Below, one piece after another: positions 36,943-47,298 of a stretch of DNA of 64,000 nucleotides (the first letter of the stretch is position 1; the number at the start of each line of letters is the position of its first letter). The notes beneath the pieces are model-generated. The model was not told the DNA's origin. It saw only the letters and a list, made by a program, of their open reading frames with translations, and did no database searches. Source of the stretch: a phage. The stretch lies in the sequence record NC_101837.1; one strand, given 5' to 3'. The translations under genes and the position numbers were made by a program.

Positions 36943-39540
36943 TTAAAGGTACAATCCACGGTATTGAGCATAAAGGCCCAGACCGCGAAGGATTTCGCCA
37001 GAGTGATAGCCCACCGGATCAGAAACTGCCCAGCAGCCGTTTAAAACATTATCCCCATTGATGAAGTGGTGCTTTTGCAGTAGCTTCATACAGGCTTCTA
37101 CAACAATGTCTATTTGAGGTATTGTCTCTGAATACCCGCACAGACCTAGCCAGCAGCAACCTGCAAGCCATTCACCTACCACCCACATCCTGTCCCCTCT
37201 GTCTTGATAAGAATATCCCCCAGAGGTGTTAAAGTCTGTAGGCAGATTTCCTGAATGAGATGACTGGAATCTGTTGAGGAACCATGCCCATTTCTGGCAG
37301 AACAGGAATAATCTTTCATCAACAGGTTCTTTATGTTTCTTGAGCTCATAGATTGTGCGGCACGCAGCAACAAAAGATCTTGACTGGAGCTTAGAGTTAT
37401 CTACCATCTCCCACCAACCAGTCAGCCCTTCATTACCTCTCTGCCATACATAACGCGAGGCAACTGGACCCTCTGTCTTAAATGTATTATTATACCAGAC
37501 TTGAGCGTCATACAGAAAGCCTATTGTATTTGACAATCTATGGCGATCTATGTTTTCTGCACCCATGCAGTATACTGCTGGGTATTGCATGCCAGGGTAG
37601 GGCCAATTTGGCTTTTCCTCTAAGAGATAGTTTTCCTTATCTATCACCTTTCCGGCAGGGAACACACCTGGTGTGTGCCTGTATGCACCTTGCTTGTAGT
37701 TTCTGACATAGCAATCACCAACCTTAGCGGTTGATTCTGTCTTGCTTGCCATCCATACGCTAAACCATATTAGATAAGCATCCCTATCTGCAATATAGAA
37801 CTGCGGCAGCGTGTTTACGCAGTACAGATCAAACAAGCCATTACCTATCTGCCTGTCGCTTAGGCTGAAATCTACAGAGGTGAGCCCCTTAGGATTAGCA
37901 AAGAAAGGTTTAATCTCTTCTTCTGTGTGATGAGGTTGTGTCGGATCTAGTTTGAAATCTCCTAGAGTAAGAGTTTCTGTTATCCATTGTCCATTAGTGG
38001 CATATAGATCAGCATACCATAACCACCTATCTTTGTCAAGAAATTTGACCCTTACCATCTCATCATCTGATCGATAAGTTACTGAGTTTAAAGAAATCTC
38101 TCTCCCAAAATTGAAAGTTACTTTACCTCTTGCTATATTACAACGGGTGAAGTTGTCAGAGTGGTTGTAAATGTCGGTATCATACTGCATACTAACACTA
38201 GCGCCACCGCTTACGACAATGTTTTCCTCTTTAGGTAAGAGATACGGATTACCGTCTTTACCAACTACCTCTACGAAATCAGTGACCTTGGCAACTATTT
38301 CTGTTACCTCTGCCCCTCCAAAAGGAACCCCTATCCTGTACTGTTTTTTGTTATTGTTGCCATCATTAAGGATGAAATGTGGCTGGAACAGAACCCCTTC
38401 TCCTCCGAAATTCATAACAATTTCAGCATCTCTGCCTATTTTGTATGTAGTCCCTTTTTGAATTATTTCGCAAGGCTGGCGTGCGTTCATTCTAAAATTG
38501 ATATACCCGTCACTGTCCCTGCTCATGGCAGGAACTGTTCCTGCAACAAGGCAAGTACCATCTGTAAACGGTGCCTTAATCAACGTGGTCTTCCTAAACA
38601 GTTTGTCGTAGGCGTTTATATCACTGAAATTAAGCAATTTGTTGTAAGACTGTTTAAACGCGGTGTAATACTTTTCCTCACCTGTCAAGGTGTAGAGTTG
38701 ATAACAAGCGTCACACCACATTTCTTCCCCGTCCAACTCTGGGGCCTGATTATCTGCAACCACGTTTATAGGATTTACAATTACAGGGGATCCTGCAGGT
38801 ATCACCGATCCGCCCTGCTCTTGAGGTAATCTTACACAATAGGTCACCTTGTGGCTGCCTGTAACACCCTTATCTTGTAATTGGATTGTGCCGAACTCTA
38901 CAGACGTATGACCACTGTCGGCTATGCTACCGTTAGCCCAATAGCGGTTACCATCCCATGCTATGTACCACTCAACCCACCAACTTAATCCGGATGTTGT
39001 CCAATCTGGGTTAGCATCTGTGCCACCGTAAACATCAGAGTCTACAGTGTTTCTTCCTAACACACCGTTATACGCTTGGAATGCCTTGTCAAGGTATTCT
39101 CCCCATGTCGGAGATCCAGCTGGGATTTTTCCTCTACCGTTGGTAAAAGACACCACCACATCTTTAAACCCACCATGTGATGGAACCCCATCTGTGGATA
39201 GGGGGTAGTGGGACAATCTTTGCATTTTACTTTCTACTGCATATGCACCCAGAAGATGGCTATTGTAAGCTTCCCAAGCATCTTTTGCCCTACCCAGATA
39301 GAAATCGCTTTTCGATGCCCTGTATGCTTCAATGTATCCCAGAATCAACACAGCTTGGGACTCATGCATTGCCCAATCATTATTTATCTTATCACCTGCC
39401 CACCCTGCAGCTATAAGACCATCAGGGTTTACTAGCTTATTTTGTGTAGGGGTGTTGGTAATACCTGTGTTGTTATCGAGGCACTTCCTGTGCCCCTCAA
39501 TCATCTGAAATACGTTATCAATGTTATGTTGAATACGCAT
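36943..39540 (-). CDS. large tailspike-like protein (865 aa), possible carbohydrate-active domain
   Basis: Trp/Tyr/Gly-rich ORF directly downstream of an anchor-domain gene; enzymatic role is conjecture. Confidence 0.35.
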   Translation of the reverse strand: MRIQHNIDNVFQMIEGHRKCLDNNTGITNTPTQNKLVNPDGLIAAGWAGDKINNDWAMHESQAVLILGYIEAYRASKSDFYLGRAKDAWEAYNSHLLGAYAVESKMQRLSHYPLSTDGVPSHGGFKDVVVSFTNGRGKIPAGSPTWGEYLDKAFQAYNGVLGRNTVDSDVYGGTDANPDWTTSGLSWWVEWYIAWDGNRYWANGSIADSGHTSVEFGTIQLQDKGVTGSHKVTYCVRLPQEQGGSVIPAGSPVIVNPINVVADNQAPELDGEEMWCDACYQLYTLTGEEKYYTAFKQSYNKLLNFSDINAYDKLFRKTTLIKAPFTDGTCLVAGTVPAMSRDSDGYINFRMNARQPCEIIQKGTTYKIGRDAEIVMNFGGEGVLFQPHFILNDGNNNKKQYRIGVPFGGAEVTEIVAKVTDFVEVVGKDGNPYLLPKEENIVVSGGASVSMQYDTDIYNHSDNFTRCNIARGKVTFNFGREISLNSVTYRSDDEMVRVKFLDKDRWLWYADLYATNGQWITETLTLGDFKLDPTQPHHTEEEIKPFFANPKGLTSVDFSLSDRQIGNGLFDLYCVNTLPQFYIADRDAYLIWFSVWMASKTESTAKVGDCYVRNYKQGAYRHTPGVFPAGKVIDKENYLLEEKPNWPYPGMQYPAVYCMGAENIDRHRLSNTIGFLYDAQVWYNNTFKTEGPVASRYVWQRGNEGLTGWWEMVDNSKLQSRSFVAACRTIYELKKHKEPVDERLFLFCQKWAWFLNRFQSSHSGNLPTDFNTSGGYSYQDRGDRMWVVGEWLAGCCWLGLCGYSETIPQIDIVVEACMKLLQKHHFINGDNVLNGCWAVSDPVGYHSGEILRGLGLYAQYRGLYL

Positions 39541-39541
39541 C

Positions 39542-40210
39542 TTAGATAGCTCCTGCGATAATCAGTGCCCCGTACCAAGTTAACCCGTTGTCGTAGGTTT
39601 CCAACTTGAAAATATCTGTTGCACCAGCTGTAAATGTTAGGATAGGATCTCTTCCGTAGGACCATTTAACATTACCAGGCCAATATACTTTGTTGCCGCC
39701 AGAGGTCTGAGTAATGCATACGGTTATAGTTCTCGCCACTCCTTCAAGACCTTCTGTTTGATTTTCAAAAGAGATTGTGGTATTTGAAGTTAGTCGAACC
39801 TTAAAGGTATCCGCAACTTCAAGATCCATATCAAGCTGACCACCGATAGATCCGTAATCAACTATTCTGCCAGAAGAAGTTGCAGCAAGCTCACCAAAAA
39901 CAGACCAGGCATTTGCAGACACACCCCCAGCACCCTCTACAGTAGAGTCTGGGAGGATTATTTTAGGATAATCCCCGTTCCACGTGTAGTAGCGCTTAGT
40001 TTCTGGGTCATAAGCAAAGTCCTTCTTGCTCTTAAGATAACCACCCTCTGTGAAATAGACTATCTTAGTAATGCTAAGATCGTTGACAACATCGTCAATC
40101 TTAGCCTTTCTTGTCCCATCAGTCTGGTTGACAACCAAGAAGTCATCACTCAAGACTGTTTCTGCATCTTCAAGATCTGGAATTGGTATTGTAGGATAAG
40201 CTACAGCCAT
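39542..40210 (-). CDS. fibre/spike N-terminal anchor-domain protein
   Basis: 222 aa; N-terminus (...DDFLVVNQTDGTRKAKIDDVV...KDFAY...) paralogous to N-terminus of 33095..36907. Confidence 0.4.
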   Translation of the reverse strand: MAVAYPTIPIPDLEDAETVLSDDFLVVNQTDGTRKAKIDDVVNDLSITKIVYFTEGGYLKSKKDFAYDPETKRYYTWNGDYPKIILPDSTVEGAGGVSANAWSVFGELAATSSGRIVDYGSIGGQLDMDLEVADTFKVRLTSNTTISFENQTEGLEGVARTITVCITQTSGGNKVYWPGNVKWSYGRDPILTFTAGATDIFKLETYDNGLTWYGALIIAGAI

Positions 40211-40219
40211 GATTTCTCC

Positions 40220-40936
40220 TTAGTTAACATCAATAGCACGACCAGACTGGTTGGCAATAGCCTCATCATTGGAGGTAGCAATAACACCAGAGTATTCGCG
40301 CTCATCTGGAGCAAGCGTCCAGGTATTGCGGTTAATGGTTTGTTCTGCCTCAGTCATCAGCAGATCTTTATCCTGAGTCAACAGAGAGCCTACAGGGATC
40401 GGGTTTTCCATCTCAGGGCCAGCATACTGGTTCCACCATGTGGCATCTCCTGTTCTAGGCAATCTGAAGTTGATCAGATAGTACAGTTTATTAGCCCACT
40501 TAATCCAACCCTCATCATCACAGAGAGAGGTTGTCCCAGAATCAGGCTGTGGGTAGGTGAACTGATCAAGACCTACGAAAGCCAGCCTTACAATCTCGTT
40601 CTCTTTGGTAACAACCTCGAAGAACGCTTGGTATGTTCTCGATCTTCGGTCCATGGTAGACTGGAAGTTTATGATGTTTAGCACATCCGGCTCTTGTCTT
40701 GCCACTTCCATGATCTTGTTATCAAGAACAGTCTTCATGACCTTCTTGCTGAGAAAGTCCATATAAGGGAAGCCAAACAGCTCGTCAAAGTACCAGCTCC
40801 CCTTCCACGTATTAAACCTCATCCACAAGCGCTGGCGCAGACTTACCTGGTTTGAATCTATCAACTCAAGACCTTTGTCTATCGCCAAATCGCCTGTCTG
40901 CGGGTCCATCAATATATCACTATAAAGCGTAGCCAT
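40220..40936 (-). CDS. baseplate wedge protein (gp25/W-like)
   Basis: 238 aa; N-terminal segment weakly resembles the gp25/W family; position next to the spike gene. Confidence 0.4.
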   Translation of the reverse strand: MATLYSDILMDPQTGDLAIDKGLELIDSNQVSLRQRLWMRFNTWKGSWYFDELFGFPYMDFLSKKVMKTVLDNKIMEVARQEPDVLNIINFQSTMDRRSRTYQAFFEVVTKENEIVRLAFVGLDQFTYPQPDSGTTSLCDDEGWIKWANKLYYLINFRLPRTGDATWWNQYAGPEMENPIPVGSLLTQDKDLLMTEAEQTINRNTWTLAPDEREYSGVIATSNDEAIANQSGRAIDVN

Positions 40937-40948
40937 GAAAGCCCTCTA

Positions 40949-41626
40949 TTAGTGCGGTCCACTTGTCTCGCCATCAGGGCAAGAGTGGGTATGACCTTTA
41001 TATTCTGCATAGAATGAATCCAAATCCACACCTGCAGCAGTTATAATTCTACCAGATGGGTCTATTGTAGCACCATTCATTCTGATATTCCCATCCACAG
41101 CAGCTCGCAAATTGGCAGCCCCGTTAGTGAAAGAAAACTCCCCGCTGCTGTCGCACCGTAATGTCCCACCAGGTGTTTGAAGCTCAAAATCGCCAGAAGG
41201 TGTCAGTTTAAAATAAACTCTATCGTTCCATAACTCTACGTTATCAGGATCGATCTGTAAGGCGTTTGAGTCTGAATGAACAGAGGTGATTGCCCACCCT
41301 GGAAACAGGCCGTGAGTTTGTTGATCGTCGTTATTGTTTTCATTTCTCTCTGAAAACTGCAATCCTACAACATCTCCAGCCTTAATAGGGAGTGTTAACC
41401 TTGCCTTTCCGCTGTTTGCAGACATCACCTGAATTGGAACGTCATAGATAAGAGGGTATCTCTCCACATCTCCGTCATCAAACGTAGTTTCAGCTATTGG
41501 CTGCACGGCTGCAGAAGGTATACTGTAGTCTACACTGACAACTCTGGCCCTGATACTGGTGTGGTAGTCCCTCATTATTTTTTCTATAAAAGATCTTACA
41601 GCAGCATCTTTCCTATTTATTGCCAT
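40949..41626 (-). CDS. baseplate central spike protein (gpV-like)
   Basis: 225 aa; C-terminal His/Cys-rich tip (...YKGHTHSCPDGETSGPH) resembles metal-binding spike apex. Confidence 0.45.
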   Translation of the reverse strand: MAINRKDAAVRSFIEKIMRDYHTSIRARVVSVDYSIPSAAVQPIAETTFDDGDVERYPLIYDVPIQVMSANSGKARLTLPIKAGDVVGLQFSERNENNNDDQQTHGLFPGWAITSVHSDSNALQIDPDNVELWNDRVYFKLTPSGDFELQTPGGTLRCDSSGEFSFTNGAANLRAAVDGNIRMNGATIDPSGRIITAAGVDLDSFYAEYKGHTHSCPDGETSGPH

Positions 41627-42630
41627 TATACCTCCTCAGTTTTGTCAACAACTCCACCCACTGTTTCCCCAAGGCCAAGCTCTGTAGTGTAATCACCACC
41701 TTCTATGGTGCCCTTATGATGCACCGTGATCACCTTATAGAAGCCTGTATATTGCTTGCTTTTAAGATAAATAGTGGACTCTGGGAGGATAGCTCCGTTA
41801 AGGCATGTGGTTACAGTAAGGCCAACATCCTCTCTCGGGTTTTTCTTTTTCTTTTTAGATGTCGAACCACCTTTGGCAGCAGCTTTAGCTTTTCGTTTTT
41901 TAGCAGGTTCTGGGTTTTTAGGGGTAGGAGATCCGTGCATCCCAGACTCTGCACTTATTTCAAACACAGAGTCTTTGAACCTTTTTCCAACCTTGGTCCA
42001 ATACAAAGCCCCATCCTGAACGCTAAATGTTGAGTTGGTCAGCCTTGCAAACCTGCGGAGGTTCTCTGCAGTGTTTCCAGAGAAAGCCATAGAGTATTGC
42101 AAAGTCTGGTTTCCAAAACCAACAACCCTACCTTTTGGCAAGTTCATATCCTTCAGTAGGTCATTAAGCACAGAGTTCAGAGGTGTACCTTTCTGATAAG
42201 ATCTTGTGCTTTGGCACTTAATGATGTTCTCAGTGCCATCCCCAAAGATGAACTTAGTTTTTCTGGTCGGACCTTCCCACCTGTCTTCAACAAACTCCAC
42301 AGTTCCGGAGAATATCAACTGGTTCTCATTATCATAGCCAGCTTCAAACATAACTGCAAGGGCATCAGCCTGATGCATATCCAGATAGTTAACTGTATCG
42401 TCAGACAGGTTGTAAACTGTCACATAACCTTTGTTTGGCTCTTTGGTATTGTCCTTTTGTATGTCAAACTCTATATTGGCAGCACCAGTGTCTGAGCTAA
42501 CTTCATAAACTCCGGAATCACTCTCCCCTTTCTTTTCAACAGATTTTGGGATATTGGTTTTTGATTTACCGCCATGTTCTACAGGACGACCAAACAATAA
42601 TCGCCATGTTCTACGTCTGTACTCTGCCAT
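41626..42630 (-). CDS. baseplate/tail protein with Lys-rich linker
   Basis: 334-aa ORF; KKRKAKAAAKGGSTSKKKKK segment. Confidence 0.3.
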   Translation of the reverse strand: MAEYRRRTWRLLFGRPVEHGGKSKTNIPKSVEKKGESDSGVYEVSSDTGAANIEFDIQKDNTKEPNKGYVTVYNLSDDTVNYLDMHQADALAVMFEAGYDNENQLIFSGTVEFVEDRWEGPTRKTKFIFGDGTENIIKCQSTRSYQKGTPLNSVLNDLLKDMNLPKGRVVGFGNQTLQYSMAFSGNTAENLRRFARLTNSTFSVQDGALYWTKVGKRFKDSVFEISAESGMHGSPTPKNPEPAKKRKAKAAAKGGSTSKKKKKNPREDVGLTVTTCLNGAILPESTIYLKSKQYTGFYKVITVHHKGTIEGGDYTTELGLGETVGGVVDKTEEV

Positions 42631-43010
42631 TATTCTAACCCTTGCTGTTCCTTGTAAAGATCAACCGGGGTGCCGTATACAAGTTGTAGCTCAGATCTCG
42701 CCCCAAGGTTATATCTTCCAACCCTGCCCCAATATTGATCGTCTTTAAACGACAGCGCCATCAATCTACCTTTCGGTAAATCGTCTCTGTAATGCAATCC
42801 GTCTAAAATATCTTGACAAGCTGTTACTTTTCTGGTTACTAAAGGGCTGTCACCTACCGGACCAAGAGATAACCACCAGGACTCATCCCTCTCATTCCAT
42901 TGCATACGCATTTCATACGTCTCATTGTCTAAAACAACACGCATGGTTTGATCAGGAAAGCCGTCAATGTCCCACACAAAGGTGATTATGCACCAATCTT
43001 TAAGTTCCAT
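42630..43010 (-). CDS. tail/baseplate protein
   Basis: 126-aa ORF translationally coupled. Confidence 0.3.
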   Translation of the reverse strand: MELKDWCIITFVWDIDGFPDQTMRVVLDNETYEMRMQWNERDESWWLSLGPVGDSPLVTRKVTACQDILDGLHYRDDLPKGRLMALSFKDDQYWGRVGRYNLGARSELQLVYGTPVDLYKEQQGLE

Positions 43011-43022
43011 TACACGCTCCCC

Positions 43023-43934
43023 TTATTTTCCGTTAACTTTGTTGTAGTTTCCCTGCTCAGATGGGACTATGGTAGAAGGTCTTCCATATTCCTGATAATA
43101 CCAATCCGCAGCAGATTGAGTAACACCGTTTTCATCCGTCCACATCATAGATTTGTAGGGCTGCCACTCTTCTGCGGCATTTGTGGATGCAGTGTCTGCA
43201 AATGCCCCTGTGTCCCTCTTGTTACCTACGTTACTGCCATTCTTACAGTCGTTGACAGCACCTTTTTGCTGGGTCTTGCCTACTTTCTTAGGGTTGCTGT
43301 ATACAGTTGCATTAACAACCTTGTTCAAGTAGAATGTGCGGAACTCTGTAAGTTCTACATCAAACACCATCGCAGCACCTTCACCAACAGACTTGTTGGC
43401 AGAAAGGCTGGTTATGATGTAGTTCTCAAGGAGTCTCTCCTCGGTAACCAAAGAAACCAACTGGCGCTTATTAATGATCTCAGTCAAAGCCTCCAGTGCA
43501 GCGCCTGGTCGCATAGACGCTGCAGGGTTTTTAGAGTCAGTATTCCTGTCAATGTAGTTTTGCTCATAGATTATATGTGGTGATGTATTTACCCTACCAG
43601 TAAAAGAAAATACACCATCTTTAATTACAGCGTGGTCTGACAGGGTAGATTTATCTTCCACCGCAAACCCAGTCTTATCAACAGAATGTTTGAAAGAGTA
43701 ATTCTCAACCTGATCGAAGATGATGGCAAGATCGTTAGTAAAGTTTTTACCCTTCATCTCCGTATTGCGACCACCATAGTTAAGACCGCTGACAAACATA
43801 GTGTACTTTACATCGCTTTCAGTTTGCTGTTCTGCCTTTTCAGCCTTTGGAGATTTAACCTCTTGAGGCTTGTACAGGTCTTTTTCATCAACTATATTGC
43901 TTGGCATAACCTCTCCAGGACACTCCGATACCAT
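43023..43934 (-). CDS. tail protein
   Basis: 303-aa ORF directly downstream of the tape measure gene. Confidence 0.3.
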   Translation of the reverse strand: MVSECPGEVMPSNIVDEKDLYKPQEVKSPKAEKAEQQTESDVKYTMFVSGLNYGGRNTEMKGKNFTNDLAIIFDQVENYSFKHSVDKTGFAVEDKSTLSDHAVIKDGVFSFTGRVNTSPHIIYEQNYIDRNTDSKNPAASMRPGAALEALTEIINKRQLVSLVTEERLLENYIITSLSANKSVGEGAAMVFDVELTEFRTFYLNKVVNATVYSNPKKVGKTQQKGAVNDCKNGSNVGNKRDTGAFADTASTNAAEEWQPYKSMMWTDENGVTQSAADWYYQEYGRPSTIVPSEQGNYNKVNGK

Positions 43935-43970
43935 CTAGATATTGTATCATAAAATAGCCGTTTTTACAAC

Positions 43971-44000
43971 ACCGATAAAATAAAGGGGGCCGGAGCCCCC
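43971..44000 (-). terminator. rho-independent terminator after tape measure gene
   Basis: stem GGGGGC/GCCCCC 43985-44000, minus-strand U-tract UUUAUUUUAUC. Confidence 0.4.
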
Positions 44001-44011
44001 TGCACAGTTTA

Positions 44012-46348
44012 TTACCAAAGGTCGGTAGACATGAAGTTGATATCTTTATTGTTCTCCCACTCAAGTTTTGCATCAAATATTTTGTTAAACTCACCCTCAT
44101 CTATTGAAATCGTGATTTTCCCATCACTGATCTCTAAAGGTAGCATTTCCATAGTTCTTAATTGAGAGGCAAAACCAGGGCCACCTGGCAACGGAAGAGT
44201 CCCGCCCGGTAAGGTGTCCAAAGGATTAACAAATCCGTTACCTCCCGATATGATATCTTTGCGAATCATATCGCTGATAGTATCCAGCTGCTGATTTCTT
44301 TCACTTAGTGGGTTGTAACGGTCATTAAATAATTCCCCGGCGCTTAGTATTGTACCGATAATGCCCAGCTTACCGAGCAGACCAACTTTGCCACCAGGTG
44401 TCTTGAGGCCACCCCCACCTTTTCCTGCCGGAGCTCCACCACCAGATCCTTCTGTAGTAGCGGCACCTGCTACTCCAGCTGCACCCCTTAGAGAGCTAAG
44501 GAATTTAAAGGTTTTTACAAGCATAGATGCCATGACAAAACCTTTTGTTAGGGCGTTGACGACCAGCATGATGGCAGCAGCAAACCCTGCCCATTTAGCA
44601 TAGCTAAAGGTGTCATGAAGCTCTTCAGAATATTCCTTCGTCTTAGCTGTTATGAACCCCCATTTAATCCCCCATTCAAGGAAAAACATGCGGATCTTGA
44701 CTATAGTGTTGTTCAGTTCACCAACTACCCAGTTAAGGCCTCTCACAAACCCGCTAACAAAATCACCAGAGGCATCCCACACAAATTGCAGAGTCTCACC
44801 AGTGCGGATTAGTGTATAATAGAACTCTGTTAGTTCGTCAGACCAACGGGTGAACAGTTTCTGACGAGTCAGTTCGATAAAGGTTTTCAGTCTGTTTTCT
44901 GCCAGCACGTTAGACTTCTGCATTCTTTCATAACCAGCTGCAGATGCCTCGTTCATGTACTTAGCCACATACTTCATGATCTTGGCTGTTTTAACCTCAC
45001 CTTTCTTCATCATGTCCATGAACTGATCCATGGAGAGTTCAGAAAGACCAAAAGCCTCTTTGGTGGCCTTAATAAAAGGTTCGTATGCACCAGGCAATGC
45101 TTCAGCAAGTTGTTGCTTCAGTTCTTCGGACATTACCTGTCCTTTCCCGAGCATCTGTTGGATTGCCATAATACCGCGCTGGTATTTTACCTCATCGGCA
45201 CCATAAGCAGCAGCATACTGGGAGTATGCAGAAAACAGCTCATGCACTTCCTGATTTGTCATCTGGTTTTTGGCGTTTACCGACATCTGGGCGTAACCTT
45301 GAAGACCAGATTTGAGATCAAAACCAAGACGCATAGCCTCTTGCTGGACAAACGCAACCTCACTGTTGGCTTTGTTTGGATCTCCAGTGACAGCAGTAAG
45401 AGCAGCACTTGCCCCCTCCATCATGTGACCGGATCTGTTAACCGCAGCAAATCCAGAAAAAGCTGTATACGCAGCTGTTGCATTAATAACAGATCTACGT
45501 AAGTCTCTCATGGCATCGCCTAGTGTAAGCGTTTGGCTGGTGGCGCTTTTAAACCCAGACTGCAGCGCTGACAGGTGGGCGTTAAAGGTTGACTTCTTCA
45601 TCTCCCCGCGAGCAAACCTGGACTCTAACTCTGAGTATCCTGGCAAGCTTCCACGGAATCCGGCCCCATACTTGGCAGAAAGTCTTATCGCGGAGTTGTA
45701 GAGGTGGGTTCTCCTTGCCTCACGATCCGACATAAGCCTATTATCCATACCAGCTTTACTGTCTCTTCTTAGCTGTCTATGATAACGATTCATAGCGGCT
45801 GTCTGAGCTTTCACAAGGTTAGGGTCGGAAGCCACACCACCCATATTAGGGTTACCTGGGATATATTTGAAAGATTTGGCATTAGCCAAAACTCTTGCCT
45901 TAGGTGCCTTATAACCGCCGTAAGACACTGGTGCAGATTTGGCAGCCTTTTTGGCCTCTTTAGCTTGCTGCTGGTAGAACTTACGCATCCTAGCCATTTC
46001 TGGATTTTTAGCGGTAAGATTACCTACAGCTTGTTTACGTCTCGCATTCTCCCTACGTTCTATTGCAGCCCTTACTGCAGCCTCTTTCTTGGCCTGTGCT
46101 ACGCTCTCTCTGTGCAGTTTAGCATTTGCCTGAGATTGCTGTCTGGCAACCCGCTGCATTGTCTGCTGGGTTTTAACAGCTACCGCCTGCCATCTACTCA
46201 TGGGGTTGGCTGAGTTAAAATCCTCGCCCAGTTTCCTGAACTCCCTCCCAATACTGCGAATTTTCTCTACAGCTTTTTTGTAGGAGGAGTTCTCTATCTC
46301 AAAGCCAATCTTGTTGACTGTTGTGGCAACTATTTTGTTTGTAGCCAT
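44012..46348 (-). CDS. tail tape measure protein
   Basis: 778 aa, largely helical Ala/Lys/Gln-rich with Gly-rich C-terminal segment; preceded by chaperone pair. Confidence 0.6.
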   Translation of the reverse strand: MATNKIVATTVNKIGFEIENSSYKKAVEKIRSIGREFRKLGEDFNSANPMSRWQAVAVKTQQTMQRVARQQSQANAKLHRESVAQAKKEAAVRAAIERRENARRKQAVGNLTAKNPEMARMRKFYQQQAKEAKKAAKSAPVSYGGYKAPKARVLANAKSFKYIPGNPNMGGVASDPNLVKAQTAAMNRYHRQLRRDSKAGMDNRLMSDREARRTHLYNSAIRLSAKYGAGFRGSLPGYSELESRFARGEMKKSTFNAHLSALQSGFKSATSQTLTLGDAMRDLRRSVINATAAYTAFSGFAAVNRSGHMMEGASAALTAVTGDPNKANSEVAFVQQEAMRLGFDLKSGLQGYAQMSVNAKNQMTNQEVHELFSAYSQYAAAYGADEVKYQRGIMAIQQMLGKGQVMSEELKQQLAEALPGAYEPFIKATKEAFGLSELSMDQFMDMMKKGEVKTAKIMKYVAKYMNEASAAGYERMQKSNVLAENRLKTFIELTRQKLFTRWSDELTEFYYTLIRTGETLQFVWDASGDFVSGFVRGLNWVVGELNNTIVKIRMFFLEWGIKWGFITAKTKEYSEELHDTFSYAKWAGFAAAIMLVVNALTKGFVMASMLVKTFKFLSSLRGAAGVAGAATTEGSGGGAPAGKGGGGLKTPGGKVGLLGKLGIIGTILSAGELFNDRYNPLSERNQQLDTISDMIRKDIISGGNGFVNPLDTLPGGTLPLPGGPGFASQLRTMEMLPLEISDGKITISIDEGEFNKIFDAKLEWENNKDINFMSTDLW

Positions 46349-46402
46349 GGTTTCCTCATAATAAAAAGGGCCAGATCCCAGAAAAGGAATCCGGCCCTTA
46401 GA

Positions 46403-46768
46403 TTATCCTCTCCTGCGCTTAGCTTTCGCAGCAGCTGCGGCAGCCTTCTGCTCCCGCTCCATTTCCCTGTTTTGGACGGTATCTAGGAATTCTTCGATAT
46501 CAAGATACTCACAGAGCTTCAGGAAATACGCCATATCTGCAAGATTTAGCGATTCAAAATTTTCCCCTTTGAAATTCTTGAGCACCCTACACCAAAGAAA
46601 GTCGAACCAGTTGAGTGAACTGTTCTTGGCTGCCCACTCACTGGCCCTCACAACAACCTTGCTTATTCCTGCTCTTCCGGAGTCTGATCCAGGTTGTTCA
46701 CCTGCTGAATCATACCCATCTGCTGTAACATCTCCAGAAGGCTTCCTAAACCGTCTTGTGTGAAAAAA
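46403..46768 (-). CDS. tail assembly chaperone, -1 frameshift extension (GT-like product)
   Basis: slippery heptamer UUUUUUC (plus 46762-46768) within 46663..47136; -1 frame open from there through ORF 46403..46651. Confidence 0.45.
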   Translation of the reverse strand, partial: FFHTRRFRKPSGDVTADGYDSAGEQPGSDSGRAGISKVVVRASEWAAKNSSLNWFDFLWCRVLKNFKGENFESLNLADMAYFLKLCEYLDIEEFLDTVQNREMEREQKAAAAAAKAKRRRG

Positions 46769-47136
46769 CAGCCGTAGTTAACCTCCAGAACCTTACCTGC
46801 CAGCTTAATCATCTCCAGCAGATGCCCTGCAAACACAACATCTGGGTTAAGCTTATCCACACCATCTACGGTAATATCTTCGAACAAGATTTTAAATAAC
46901 TCTTCAATAGAGCTATCATCAAGTTCTTGGAACAGGTAAGCCAGAGCAGTAGGAAGGACCTCTGCCATATTCTGACCACCAGAGATAATAGATCCACCGA
47001 TAGCACCTAGCGGGACAGCCACAATCTTACCGATTTTAGGCATGTTTTTCATTGCTTTCATCGGTCCCCAGTGGGTGATCACAAAGTTGTGCCCTGCTAA
47101 ATCAATCTCTGTTGTAGGTCTAAAGTTTATAGCCAT
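46663..47136 (-). CDS. tail assembly chaperone (G-like)
   Basis: 157-aa acidic ORF between tube and tape measure genes. Confidence 0.45.
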   Translation of the reverse strand: MAINFRPTTEIDLAGHNFVITHWGPMKAMKNMPKIGKIVAVPLGAIGGSIISGGQNMAEVLPTALAYLFQELDDSSIEELFKILFEDITVDGVDKLNPDVVFAGHLLEMIKLAGKVLEVNYGCFFTQDGLGSLLEMLQQMGMIQQVNNLDQTPEEQE

Positions 47137-47240
47137 TTTATAGCATCCTTATTAGTCATGTTGTGCACCATATTTGTGTATTTTACCATGATTATGGTGC
47201 ATTGTCAATTTAACCTTTCAAGCAATTCAAGAACGTGTGT

Positions 47241-47280
47241 CAAAACCATAAAAGCAAAAAGCCTCACCCGAAGGTGAGGC
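47241..47280 (-). terminator. rho-independent terminator after tail tube gene
   Basis: stem GCCUCACC/GGUGAGGC with UUCG loop 47261-47280, U-tract UUUUUGCUUUU. Confidence 0.55.
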
Positions 47281-47298
47281 TTATGCTAAAGTGTGCCC

